Shown here: positions 6,802-14,495 of the stretch, piece by piece | How the letters are laid out: the number at the start of each line of letters is the position of its first letter | How positions within the stretch are numbered: the stretch's first letter is position 1 | IMG/VR virus record: IMGVR_UViG_3300042987_003191 | Origin: an uncultured virus (IMG/VR IMGVR_UViG_3300042987_003191) | Lineage: Duplodnaviria > Heunggongvirae > Uroviricota > Caudoviricetes | DNA: 20,000 bases | Direction: 5' to 3' (one strand) | Program-made: the position numbers and the translations under genes | The notes under the pieces: model-generated | What the model was told of the DNA's origin: nothing | The model's database searches: none | The model's input: the letters and a program-made list of their open reading frames with translations, nothing else

Positions 6802-8232
6802 CTACTCAGCGCAAGAGCTGCAGAAGCCCCCATCCAATGAACAACTTTCGCTCTCCTCAAGGGAAAAGAAGCTGCTCAGGCTCTCCCCTAATTCTACTCC
6901 AACATCGTCTTTAGCTTGAGTGCCAGCTTGCACTTGAAGGGCGTAATAAACAGAAGTTTGCGGACTATCAAGCCACTCTTGAATGAAACTTTCATCACAA
7001 GAAACAAGATCAGACCACCAATTCATTGAATAACCATGGAACAAACCAGTGCGGTGGAAAAGTTCGCAAATGCCATCAGCGACTTTACGGAAAGTAGTCC
7101 AGCCAACTTCTTCAGCGATCTCCACCGGTCCATATTCAAAACGCTCTACGCCCATGGTTTCGCTATCGCGATCCACAAGGCGATCAATGGGAGGAGCGAT
7201 TTCCGGGGCTGCAGTAAAGCCGCGAGTGTCTAGGTAGCGATAGGAGCAGGAGGCAGTGGGAGCAATGCAGAATGCACGCTCCATGCCGTGCTCGCGGGCA
7301 ATGTCAGCAGCAGTATCAATGCCTTGATACAAAGCGTGGACGGCTTTTCCGGCCACGGTGTCTGTCCAATGGTGAACCCAGGGATGTGGGTCTTCCATTA
7401 GGAAGGCATCAAGAGCCTCGCCAAATTCTTTGTAGCTAATTCCATGGATGGAAAGAAAATTAGCAAGGCCAAGTATCCCAAGACCCACCTGCTTATCAAT
7501 GGAAGGAGAAAGATATTCTCCGGTATCGCCAACGCCAGTATTTGGATGGAGAGCACAAAGCTGGCTCATTCCTTCAGCAAAAGCTCCCGCAACGCCATCC
7601 AACGTGCATGCACCCAAATTAACGTGCTGAAGAAGACAAGTACCGCGATGCGGAAGATATACTTCAAGGCAAACGTTTGGTCGCAGCCGCTTTCCATTAT
7701 TGTCGTGGCGGATTTTGTTGAGCCAGAGATCGCCAGAAGAGATGGCACGAAGACAGGCATTGATCAGCTCAGGAGACGATGCGGAAAGAAAATTATTGTC
7801 AACGTTTAAACAACGCTTCGCCCATGGCAATTCACTCCTGGAGGTGGAAACAAATTCAATGGCATCAGGATGCGTATAGTCCAAGTGCAACGTAACTGCA
7901 CCATTGCGAAATTTTCCACCACGACGAAGAATTTCATTGAGTTTGCTATAAATTTTTGCAAAGCTTACTGGTCCGCTAGCAATCAGTCCTTTGCCATTGT
8001 CTTCACCCTTGGGGCGCAGTTCAGAAAGATGCACTGCAGCGCCAGCAGCATTACGTAGAGCATGGCTCACAAAACGCCACGAGGCCTCAATGCCATCCGG
8101 CCCCTCCATTGAATCATCTACGACAAACGTGGTGCAGCTAACGGCAAGCCTGCTTTCAGGATCATCAAGCCAATCTTGCACCCTGCCAGTACGAGCAATC
8201 GGCTCACATTTTGCCTTTTCCTTCAGCTTCAT
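6802..8232 (-). CDS. nrdA: Ribonucleotide reductase large (alpha) subunit, Cyano SP type
   Basis: VSC, ASGPVSF, RRGG..RNGA, catalytic NVCLE (NxCxE), CLLQHVNL, IAPTASCS, YY dyad (SVYY) and C-terminal CSSCAE. The protein is compact (476 aa) with no ATP cone. Confidence 0.92.
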   Translation of the reverse strand: MKLKEKAKCEPIARTGRVQDWLDDPESRLAVSCTTFVVDDSMEGPDGIEASWRFVSHALRNAAGAAVHLSELRPKGEDNGKGLIASGPVSFAKIYSKLNEILRRGGKFRNGAVTLHLDYTHPDAIEFVSTSRSELPWAKRCLNVDNNFLSASSPELINACLRAISSGDLWLNKIRHDNNGKRLRPNVCLEVYLPHRGTCLLQHVNLGACTLDGVAGAFAEGMSQLCALHPNTGVGDTGEYLSPSIDKQVGLGILGLANFLSIHGISYKEFGEALDAFLMEDPHPWVHHWTDTVAGKAVHALYQGIDTAADIAREHGMERAFCIAPTASCSYRYLDTRGFTAAPEIAPPIDRLVDRDSETMGVERFEYGPVEIAEEVGWTTFRKVADGICELFHRTGLFHGYSMNWWSDLVSCDESFIQEWLDSPQTSVYYALQVQAGTQAKDDVGVELGESLSSFFSLEESESCSLDGGFCSSCAE

Positions 8233-8240
8233 AAGACGAC

Positions 8241-8260
8241 AAAGGCCCGCATCGCGGGCC
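8241..8260 (-). terminator. Terminator-like hairpin just upstream of RNR alpha
   Basis: GGCCCGC-GAT-GCGGGCC-TTT. Confidence 0.5.
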
Positions 8261-8317
8261 GAGAATCAACCAAGGCAGGCTAGCGCAAGAAGACCATGGA
8301 AAAGAGAAAGGAAAGCT

Positions 8318-8509
8318 TTAATCGCAAAGCCCCTCTGGGTCATCCGTTGTCAACAAGTCCTTCACAAACAATTTGGCTTCATTAGTGGTGCGGAAATAAT
8401 GAGGCTGGCCATTAATGGCAGCAAACCATTGAAACTCTGGCTTGCTAAAGCATGGCCATAATTTATACGGACCAATATTAAATGGTTGACGATCAGGCAG
8501 GCCCCACAT
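8318..8509 (-). CDS. Hypothetical phage protein
   Basis: 63 aa ORF co-oriented with its neighbours; a TAAGAT -10-like box lies upstream. Confidence 0.6.
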   Translation of the reverse strand: MWGLPDRQPFNIGPYKLWPCFSKPEFQWFAAINGQPHYFRTTNEAKLFVKDLLTTDDPEGLCD

Positions 8510-8585
8510 AATGCTTTTGCGAAGATCATCTTACGCTAGTTCTTTTCTATGAAATGAAAAGCAGCATTTAATACAATCTTTCTTT

Positions 8586-9281
8586 TTAATCAAGTCTTAA
8601 GCTTCTTGCGCTTTTGCGTTTCTGCGTATTTTCCTTTTCTGTCTTGATAAGCTCGCTTTCACCTTTTGGAAGCAAGGCAAACGTTTTGCCAGGCTTTTTC
8701 GCAATCATTCCTTCTTCTTCCAACGCAATCAGTTGGTTATAAATTGTTTTCGCCTGATAAGCATCACGATTTGCTTCGTGATGAATGATGGCATTAGACG
8801 TGGGGAAATAATCACAAGCCTCAATATCCCCAATAGCCCATAGCACAAATGTGCGAGCATTCTTCACATAACGAGGCAAGCGCTTCTCCTGATGCAGCAC
8901 TTCAAGAGACTGGGCCAGCCTTGGTCGCATTGGCGTCCATTGAATGCGACTTTCATTTCTGTTGCCAAATTTAATTTTTGCTTCCAACGTCTGACAAGGC
9001 GCTTCGCTTTCAAGATATTTCTTGATTGCAATGGAAAGATGAAACCATTCGCCTGCATGACGCGAATTTTCAAAGCGCTCGTGTAAATCCTGTTCATCAT
9101 CTCGATTCGCCTCGAAGGCCTTGACGACGATCAGCGTGTCTGGCGATGACGTGAGGAACGACGCGAAGCGGTCTCCTGGCGACGTGGAGAAGCCGATTTT
9201 GACATGGTACGGCATGCTCGCCCATTGCACGAAATACACCCACCCATCTGTTTTGCGCTTTTTCTGCTTGGGCTGAACCAT
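8586..9281 (-). CDS. GIY-YIG superfamily (T5orf172/MUG113-like) nuclease with a probable C-terminal winged-helix domain
   Basis: GWVYFVQ..VKIGFS..P..R..EQDLHERF..R..GEWF. The C-terminus TIYNQLIALEEEGMIAK..FALLPKG looks like a winged helix. ATG 9281 has an RBS (GGAGAAGG) and an extended -10 TGtTATAGT at 9304-9312. Confidence 0.8.
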   Translation of the reverse strand: MVQPKQKKRKTDGWVYFVQWASMPYHVKIGFSTSPGDRFASFLTSSPDTLIVVKAFEANRDDEQDLHERFENSRHAGEWFHLSIAIKKYLESEAPCQTLEAKIKFGNRNESRIQWTPMRPRLAQSLEVLHQEKRLPRYVKNARTFVLWAIGDIEACDYFPTSNAIIHHEANRDAYQAKTIYNQLIALEEEGMIAKKPGKTFALLPKGESELIKTEKENTQKRKSARSLRLD

Positions 9282-9359
9282 GCCTTCTCCGCTGAAAGCC
9301 CTTACTATAACAGGATCGGGACAACAGGGACAAAACAACTCCCAGCAGCATGAGTTACG

Positions 9360-9860
9360 ATAGACGTAAGCGAAGCTGCGGCCTCATATGGGCTAAAAGC
9401 AGCTTCCTGGCTAGACGACGCTCCTCAAGCCAGCGCATCAAGCGAGCGGAGTTCCCCAAAGGAACGGAGCGTCTACTGACAATGGCTAAGCTAGCCGCGA
9501 TGAGCTAGACCAGCGAAGCCCCCAAAGGGCGGAGCGTTCTAGATAAGCGGCGAAAATAAAAAAGCCCGCGTCAGTGATCAAGAGTTGACTCACACTCATG
9601 ATGAGTCGCTGAAAGTGTGCTTGCTGCCGGGAAAGGCTAAAAATCATTGGTTCCCATCTTTATATCTTGAGCAGCGGCCCCTTTAAGGGCCGATTTCTAG
9701 CATTAAGAACGATGGAAAGGAGAATGTGCGAATTATCTTGTTATCGCTTTTGATGAGCGCATCATTCCGACGCCTTTAGGGCGTCTCCATTGGTTTAGAA
9801 AATTGCCTGAGATCTCTAGAAATGCCTCAGGCGGCGTCTTCGACTTGCCTTCGGCATAGC
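9360..9860. other. Hairpin-rich non-coding region (candidate origin or structured RNA)
   Basis: No ORF of 60 aa or more. It has duplicated modules GCGGAGTTCCCCAAAGGAACGGAGCG and GCGAAGCCCCCAAAGGGCGGAGCG, and hairpins CGGCCC/GGGCCG, GACGCC/GGCGTC, ATGCC..GGCAT. Confidence 0.45.
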
Positions 9861-9906
9861 GCCACTGAGTTTTGGCTTGTTAGTGTTTTCCAAATTGAAC
9901 TCTGGC

Positions 9907-10425
9907 ATGAGCTTGAATAATCAGCAGCTTGCGGAGCAGCTTTCTCTTGCAAGCCAAGGTAAAAAGAAATGCTCAAAGTGTGGAATGGTTAAGCCGCTTT
10001 CTGAGTTCTTCAAGCGGAAGGCCAACCGCGACGGCTTGGATGGTTTTTGCAAAAGCTGCCACGAAGAGAAGAATACTCGGTGGGAAAAGCAAAATCCAGT
10101 AAAAATGCAAACTATGTACATGACATGTGCAGCTAGAACTAGAGCTAAAAGCAAGGGAATGGAATTCAACATTGACGTAGACTACGTACGGTCTCTTGTC
10201 ACATCTAATTGCCCTGTGTTTGGCGTACCATTGGAATGGTCCTGTTGTAGAGAAATGAAAGCCAAGCCTCTGCCTAATAGCCCCTCCCTAGACCGCATTG
10301 ATAACAACAAGGGATATGTAAGGGGTAATGTATGGATCATTAGCCACAGAGCCAATGCTGTTAAAAATTCTGCATCTTTAGATGAAATCAAAATGCTGGC
10401 TAACGCGCTGAAGGGCAAGTGCTAG
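9907..10425 (+). CDS. HNH endonuclease (probable homing endonuclease) with an N-terminal Zn finger
   Basis: CSKC...CKSC, CPVFG and PSLDRIDNNKGYVRGNVWIISHRAN. It is the only plus-strand gene in a minus-strand region. Confidence 0.85.
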   Translation: MSLNNQQLAEQLSLASQGKKKCSKCGMVKPLSEFFKRKANRDGLDGFCKSCHEEKNTRWEKQNPVKMQTMYMTCAARTRAKSKGMEFNIDVDYVRSLVTSNCPVFGVPLEWSCCREMKAKPLPNSPSLDRIDNNKGYVRGNVWIISHRANAVKNSASLDEIKMLANALKGKC

Positions 10426-10647
10426 GTATAAATACTAAGGCGAAAAAAGCGGATGAAAAATGGCGCCACATTTCGAGGGATATACCGCAGCCCCCCAGCA
10501 TCAAACCCTCCTGCTACTGCGCTGTGTCCGTTGCTACCGTTTCACACTACGTTACGAAAGGAATGTTAATCCCGACCTGCAATATCGGGATTAATTACTG
10601 ACATTTGCAGTGTAAACGTGAGGGATGCTCCCAACACTACGCAAGAC

Positions 10648-10675
10648 AAAAGGCCCCACCTAGTGGCAGGGCCTT
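10648..10675 (-). terminator. Intrinsic terminator closing the GC-rich operon
   Basis: AAGGCCC..CCAC-TA-GGTGG-GGCCTTTT, about 20 nt after the stop at 10698. Confidence 0.55.
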
Positions 10676-10697
10676 GCGATCCGGTCACCCTATGGGC

Positions 10698-10880
10698 TTA
10701 GAAAGGCCCGTGGCGGGCTTCTAGGGCTTCTAGCGCTGATCTGTAGGGAGAGGCAATGCCGGCTGTTGTTAAGCGTCCTATGGGCGCTTCTAGCGCTTCC
10801 AGCGGCTGTTCAGCTTGCCAGGTTTCCAATGCCGCGAGCACGGCCAAGGCCTGATCGTTTGAGAGGGTTAGGCGGATCAC
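10698..10880 (-). CDS. Hypothetical protein (60 aa)
   Basis: The GTG start overlaps the TGA of the upstream gene (GTGA); followed by a terminator. Confidence 0.5.
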   Translation of the reverse strand: MIRLTLSNDQALAVLAALETWQAEQPLEALEAPIGRLTTAGIASPYRSALEALEARHGPF

Positions 10881-11506
10881 TTGCCGGCCTCCACGGTGCC
10901 CACTTCGCGGCGAATCCGTTGCCAAACCGTCCAGGTGATCGCTTGGACTTGCGCGGCACTGTAATTTGCGCCAGTAACTGAGTTGATCGTTTGAGCAGCC
11001 TGCCCATACGCTGCAGAGATGGAAGCGTAGAGTTTGGCGCTGATTTTTGGCGTCTTGGTAGTTGGAACGTAACTGCCTAGCCAAATCGCATAGGCATGCC
11101 CATCAACACACACACCAGCATCGCCGAGAATGCAATTGTAAAAGGCCCTGACTTTTAATCCGCCCAGTGCTTCCAAGGGATGCAATCCGCCTAGGATCGC
11201 AAGCGCTTTGTTTTTGTTACCGTGGAAGGTGCTCACTTTTATCTGGTGAGCATCAGTGAGCGTACCGGCTGAGAAGGCGCGGCAAAGACGCTCAGCGTCT
11301 GCCATGTTACGCGGCCATCGATTGTTGGGACTAAGCGCGGCCGTCACGCCAGCCACGGTGCTAAGTGGCAGGCCCGTAGCTTGTGCAACGGCTGCACAGA
11401 ATGCAAGGGCATCCGTATACCATCGCGCGCCTTTTGCGATCTCTGCAGAATTGGCCAGAAAGAATGTAGCCAGAATATTGCCGTGAGAGAGAGAGAGAGT
11501 TTGCAT
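10877..11506 (-). CDS. Phage protein, DUF7178-like (possible HhH-GPD/glycosylase-like fold)
   Basis: G..WY, AALSP...W..N, KVRAFY, VCVDGHA and QVQAITW recur in this phage family. The start is placed at ATG 11506. Confidence 0.65.
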   Translation of the reverse strand: MQTLSLSHGNILATFFLANSAEIAKGARWYTDALAFCAAVAQATGLPLSTVAGVTAALSPNNRWPRNMADAERLCRAFSAGTLTDAHQIKVSTFHGNKNKALAILGGLHPLEALGGLKVRAFYNCILGDAGVCVDGHAYAIWLGSYVPTTKTPKISAKLYASISAAYGQAAQTINSVTGANYSAAQVQAITWTVWQRIRREVGTVEAGK

Positions 11507-11542
11507 CGTGAGAGTTTGGAGAGTTTGGAGAGTTTGGAGAGA
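11485..11542. repeat. (GA)7 microsatellite and GAGAGTTTG 9-mer repeats
   Basis: (GA)7G at 11485-11499; GAGAGTTTG at 11495 and three tandem copies at 11510-11536. Confidence 0.85.
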
Positions 11543-11543
11543 A

Positions 11544-12026
11544 TCAGCGCACAAGCTTTTGTGGTTGGAATTCTCCCGTTGCTATGCAGGCTGCAGCCTG
11601 CAGGACTATTTCACTGCGCAGCATCCAATGGATCTCGCTAGGTGCGGTGCTGCTAGCATGCTCAAACGCGAGTATTTCACCGTTAAGAGTGGAATCGGCA
11701 TTCACGACTACGTGGTGCCAATCATGCACCGCACGGAACAGGGCGTTCTCAACGTCAGCCAGGAAAGGATGAGAGATGCTCTCGGTTGAAATAAAGAGAA
11801 CACCGCTAGCGTCCCATCTCTGCAGCATCTCCGGAAGTGGAATATCGCAGGGTTCAAACCGCACCATGACGGGGATCCGCTGGAATTCCGCGCGAATCCA
11901 GCCGCGCAGCATCGCGAGCTCGCGATCCGTGGGCACTGCTGCAGGCGCCTGCAGGTATTCGGTGGCGAGGGTATGGGCAAGCGTAGGAGCGCTTGCGATA
12001 AATGCCGGGAGCGTGGGGGTAGGCAT
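11544..12026 (-). CDS. Hypothetical protein with FRAVHD..H motif (putative metal-binding)
   Basis: 160 aa; HPFL..ENALFRAVHDWHH..GE..A..H..SEIVLQ. Confidence 0.7.
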   Translation of the reverse strand: MPTPTLPAFIASAPTLAHTLATEYLQAPAAVPTDRELAMLRGWIRAEFQRIPVMVRFEPCDIPLPEMLQRWDASGVLFISTESISHPFLADVENALFRAVHDWHHVVVNADSTLNGEILAFEHASSTAPSEIHWMLRSEIVLQAAACIATGEFQPQKLVR

Positions 12027-12369
12027 GGCCGGATTGGCTTAGGGCTCGCCCATATAAGGAGAATTTGGCGCCAGTGAAAAGGCCTGATAAGGCATGCCGA
12101 TAGGAAGGCGCGATAAAGGCCACGTATAAGCGGATAGGCTTATCAGTGCCCGGAATCGCTCCCAATGACAAGCCAGTCTTATCAGTGCCAGCGCTGCGCG
12201 CGCGCTTACGGCATTGCCTGCCCAATCCGGCCGGATTGTCACACTGCGCAATATTGTCACTTACTGGCGCAAGTATCGGCGCAGATACTGTCTCCTGCTG
12301 GCGCGCGCAGTAGACATAGGCCACTGCTGCGCAATCCGCCGCCCATAGCCTCGCAAACTATCGGACAAG

Positions 12370-12471
12370 GTGAGCCTCATTCAGCGCGAATCAGTGAGCC
12401 TCATTCAGCGCGAATCAGTGAGCCTCATTCAGCGCGAATCAGTGAGCCTCATTCAGCGCGAATCAGTGAGC
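12370..12471. repeat. Perfect 24-bp tandem repeat, 4.25 copies
   Basis: GTGAGCCTCATTCAGCGCGAATCA at 12370, 12394, 12418 and 12442, plus a partial copy. Confidence 0.95.
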
Positions 12472-12489
12472 ATCGATTAATGCCGCCAC

Positions 12490-12538
12490 GGGTAAGGGTA
12501 AGGAACTGGCGCGGCAGGGTAAGGGTGAAGAACTGGCG
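12490..12538. repeat. 22-bp direct repeat, 2 copies, G-tract rich
   Basis: GGGTAAGGGTAAGGAACTGGCG (12490) and GGGTAAGGGTGAAGAACTGGCG (12517). Confidence 0.8.
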
Positions 12539-12615
12539 GCTACCAGTTAGCAACACAAATCACCGATCGCGAGTAAGGGTCACTTAGGGCGGCAAATCGC
12601 ACGCGCCAGGATGTT

Positions 12616-12835
12616 TAGCACGAGACGCTAGAAAGGCAGTGCGAGAGGCTATCTAGTGCGAGATGCTAAAGGCTTAGCACGAGACGCTATCTAGCACGAG
12701 AAGCTAGACGTTTAGCGCGAGAGACCAGGAATCTAGTATCTAGCACGAGATGCTAGAGGTTTAGCACGAGATGCTAAAGATTTAGCACGAGATGCTATTT
12801 AGCACGAGATACTAGAAATTTAGCGCGAGATACTA
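12616..12835. repeat. Array of 11 pseudo-palindromic 15-mers (consensus TAGCACGAGATGCTA)
   Basis: Copies start at 12616, 12637, 12654, 12675, 12692, 12713, 12741, 12762, 12783, 12800 and 12821. Confidence 0.9.
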
Positions 12836-12857
12836 AATGCGTTTATGCGCATACCCT

Positions 12858-12951
12858 GATACGCTCGCAGCCGGACCCTAGATACACTCGCAGCCGGATC
12901 CAATTTTTTGTAATACGCCTTCAGCGAGTCCCTATACACTCGCAGCCAGTC
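12858..12951. repeat. ATACRCTCGCAGCCRG repeat, 3 copies plus one degenerate copy
   Basis: Copies near 12858, 12881 and 12933; degenerate copy ATACGCCTTCAGCGAG near 12913. Confidence 0.8.
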
Positions 12952-13313
12952 CCATATTCTTCTTTCCAGCAACCAAGAATAGATCTCCCCTCTTCATCAA
13001 AGCGAAAGATGGCCCATTGGTAGTAAAGCCTGCCAAGGTCAATGGCTTGTTGTTCGCTGATGCCACTAACTGCCCAGCTAGGTTCTTTCCAGCTCCCATC
13101 AGGAGACTGCCCAATGATTTCCTCCATTGAAACGCCTGGAAGCTTCTGCAGGCGCCTTTGAAGGGAACGATGGAGGGAAAGATTTGCGGCATCGTCTAGG
13201 GGCTCTGAGAATGGGCAGCAAGCAGTGATGACAAACGTGGGGAAGCTTGATGGCTGCCAAGGTTTGCCTTGCAAATCGACGAGCACGGTGGAGGCGAAGG
13301 CTTGGGTGAGCAT
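12921..13313 (-). CDS. DUF3293 domain protein
   Basis: ITACCPFS..N...L..G.SPDGSWKEPS..A..LG..Y.Q.AIF fits the DUF3293 pattern. Confidence 0.8.
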   Translation of the reverse strand: MLTQAFASTVLVDLQGKPWQPSSFPTFVITACCPFSEPLDDAANLSLHRSLQRRLQKLPGVSMEEIIGQSPDGSWKEPSWAVSGISEQQAIDLGRLYYQWAIFRFDEEGRSILGCWKEEYGTGCECIGTR

Positions 13314-13330
13314 GGGAGGAAAAGATCAGA

Positions 13331-13350
13331 AAAAGGGGCCTGGCGGCCCC
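13331..13350 (-). terminator. Intrinsic terminator
   Basis: GGGGCC-GCCA-GGCCCC-TTTTT. Confidence 0.75.
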
Positions 13351-13370
13351 GGCTCAAGATTTATTGACAA

Positions 13371-13628
13371 TTAAAGCTTGTCAATCCATTGTTGAATTTT
13401 ATGCAATGCAGATTGCTCATCAATACATTTGCATTTGCGAAACTTGGTCGTGTTCAAGCCTTTGGCAACTAGTTCTAACTTGCCATCAGCGAGACAAAAT
13501 ATTCCATACCTTGAATTATGAAAAATGTTATTTGTCCATGAAATGGGAGAGTCGGCGCTGACCTTGAAAAAGGTGGAAGTGTGGCCACCAAGAGACATGG
13601 TTTCAGTGTGGAGGTAAGGTAAAGTCAT
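13371..13628 (-). CDS. Hypothetical phage protein
   Basis: ATG at 13628 lies 7 nt after the upstream stop; followed by a terminator. Confidence 0.65.
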   Translation of the reverse strand: MTLPYLHTETMSLGGHTSTFFKVSADSPISWTNNIFHNSRYGIFCLADGKLELVAKGLNTTKFRKCKCIDEQSALHKIQQWIDKL

Positions 13629-13635
13629 TTTGGTC

Positions 13636-13824
13636 TCAGTTGTTTTCAATAATACGGAAATCAGGATCGTTGTCCTTCTTAATCCATCGACATTGATTTA
13701 GTTCAGGAAACACTACAAAAAGCTTGTCGTGATGATCCTGCTCAACAATGCCAGTGGTGAGCTTGGTGCCAATACGGCTTTTGCCTTTCTTGCTGATGGC
13801 GAGAATGTTAATAGAGTCTTGCAT
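13636..13824 (-). CDS. Hypothetical phage protein
   Basis: 62 aa; tightly packed in the operon. Confidence 0.65.
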   Translation of the reverse strand: MQDSINILAISKKGKSRIGTKLTTGIVEQDHHDKLFVVFPELNQCRWIKKDNDPDFRIIENN

Positions 13825-13827
13825 GAT

Positions 13828-13962
13828 TCAGAGGGTGGTAATGAAGGAAACAAAGAAGCTGCCTGCTTGTTTTGCTGCTGCTCGCAGGGCCTCGTCGTGG
13901 TTTGTTGCTTCAACGACAATGCGCTGATTGTTGGAGCAGTTGATGAAGAGAAAGCTTTTCAT
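13828..13962 (-). CDS. Small hypothetical protein (44 aa, not in the ORF track)
   Basis: MKSFLFINCSNNQRIVVEATNHDEALRAAAKQAGSFFVSFITTL fills the gap between the promoter and the next gene exactly. Confidence 0.6.
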   Translation of the reverse strand: MKSFLFINCSNNQRIVVEATNHDEALRAAAKQAGSFFVSFITTL

Positions 13963-14000
13963 GGTTTTAGAAAAGAGAGGCTCGCGCCTCGTTGCTTGCT

Positions 14001-14053
14001 AACAATACGGCAGAAAGGGGCCTAGAGGCCCCTGGTTCACAAAACGAAACAAT
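14001..14053 (-). promoter_or_regulatory. Repeated early-type promoter 1 (-10 TATTGT, hairpin, HLR1-like repeat)
   Basis: Plus strand: AACAATA 14001-14007, GGGGCC/GGCCCC hairpin, TTCACAAA-AC-GAAACAAT 14036-14053. Confidence 0.65.
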
Positions 14054-14352
14054 CAGAGCAGTTGCTCCTGAAGCCGGCCCCACATCCATTGCTCTTTGGT
14101 ATTAGGGCGTAGCAGCTCGTAGCCTTCGTGATCGACGATGGTATCGCCAGCGCTGTCCAGGTGGCCTTCAATGTCGAGCTGCCAAATGCCCTTGCAAGCC
14201 CCATCAGCTCCATACACGCCAATGACATGCTCTCTGTCCTCCATGGCAAGCCGAATGTGGAAGATGAGCTGTTGAAGCGTGGCTGCTTGGTAGCTGCCCT
14301 TGGTGGCATCGAAGTAGGGGCCGTTGTCTTGATAAGTGCGGATGGTCACCAT
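14053..14352 (-). CDS. Hypothetical phage protein
   Basis: 99 aa ORF in a packed operon. Confidence 0.65.
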   Translation of the reverse strand: MVTIRTYQDNGPYFDATKGSYQAATLQQLIFHIRLAMEDREHVIGVYGADGACKGIWQLDIEGHLDSAGDTIVDHEGYELLRPNTKEQWMWGRLQEQLL

Positions 14353-14495
14353 TGTGGGGAAAGCGAAGGAACGGAAAGAGACCAGCCAGGAAGAAGTTCT
14401 TGAGCAGAGAGGATGGCATGAGCCTTGTCCCTGGCTAGCAATTGAAGCGTGCGTTGTTGCTCCTGATTATGGGCAACAATGGTGAAGGGAATCAT
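14346..14495 (-). CDS. Small hypothetical protein (49 aa, not in the ORF track)
   Basis: MIPFTIVAHNQEQQRTLQLLARDKAHAILSAQELLPGWSLSVPSLSPQW; ATGA-coupled to the upstream gene and overlaps the downstream start. Confidence 0.6.
   Translation of the reverse strand: MIPFTIVAHNQEQQRTLQLLARDKAHAILSAQELLPGWSLSVPSLSPQW

Noticed and set aside
6802..8232. Class II (B12-dependent) RNR, nrdJ
   Set aside because: The adjacent ferritin-like subunit and the YY dyad point to class I.
7036..8461. Plus-strand ORFs antisense to RNR (and similar ones antisense to the helicase and early genes)
   Set aside because: They are shadow frames of well-supported genes on the opposite strand.
12165..12587. 140-aa plus-strand ORF with EPHSARIS repeats
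   Set aside because: The frame stays open because the repeat lengths are multiples of three; it is opposite to the local gene direction and has no protein-like signal.
12370..12835. CRISPR array
   Set aside because: The 24-mers have no spacers, the 15-mers are separated by only 2-13 nt, and there are no cas genes in the window.
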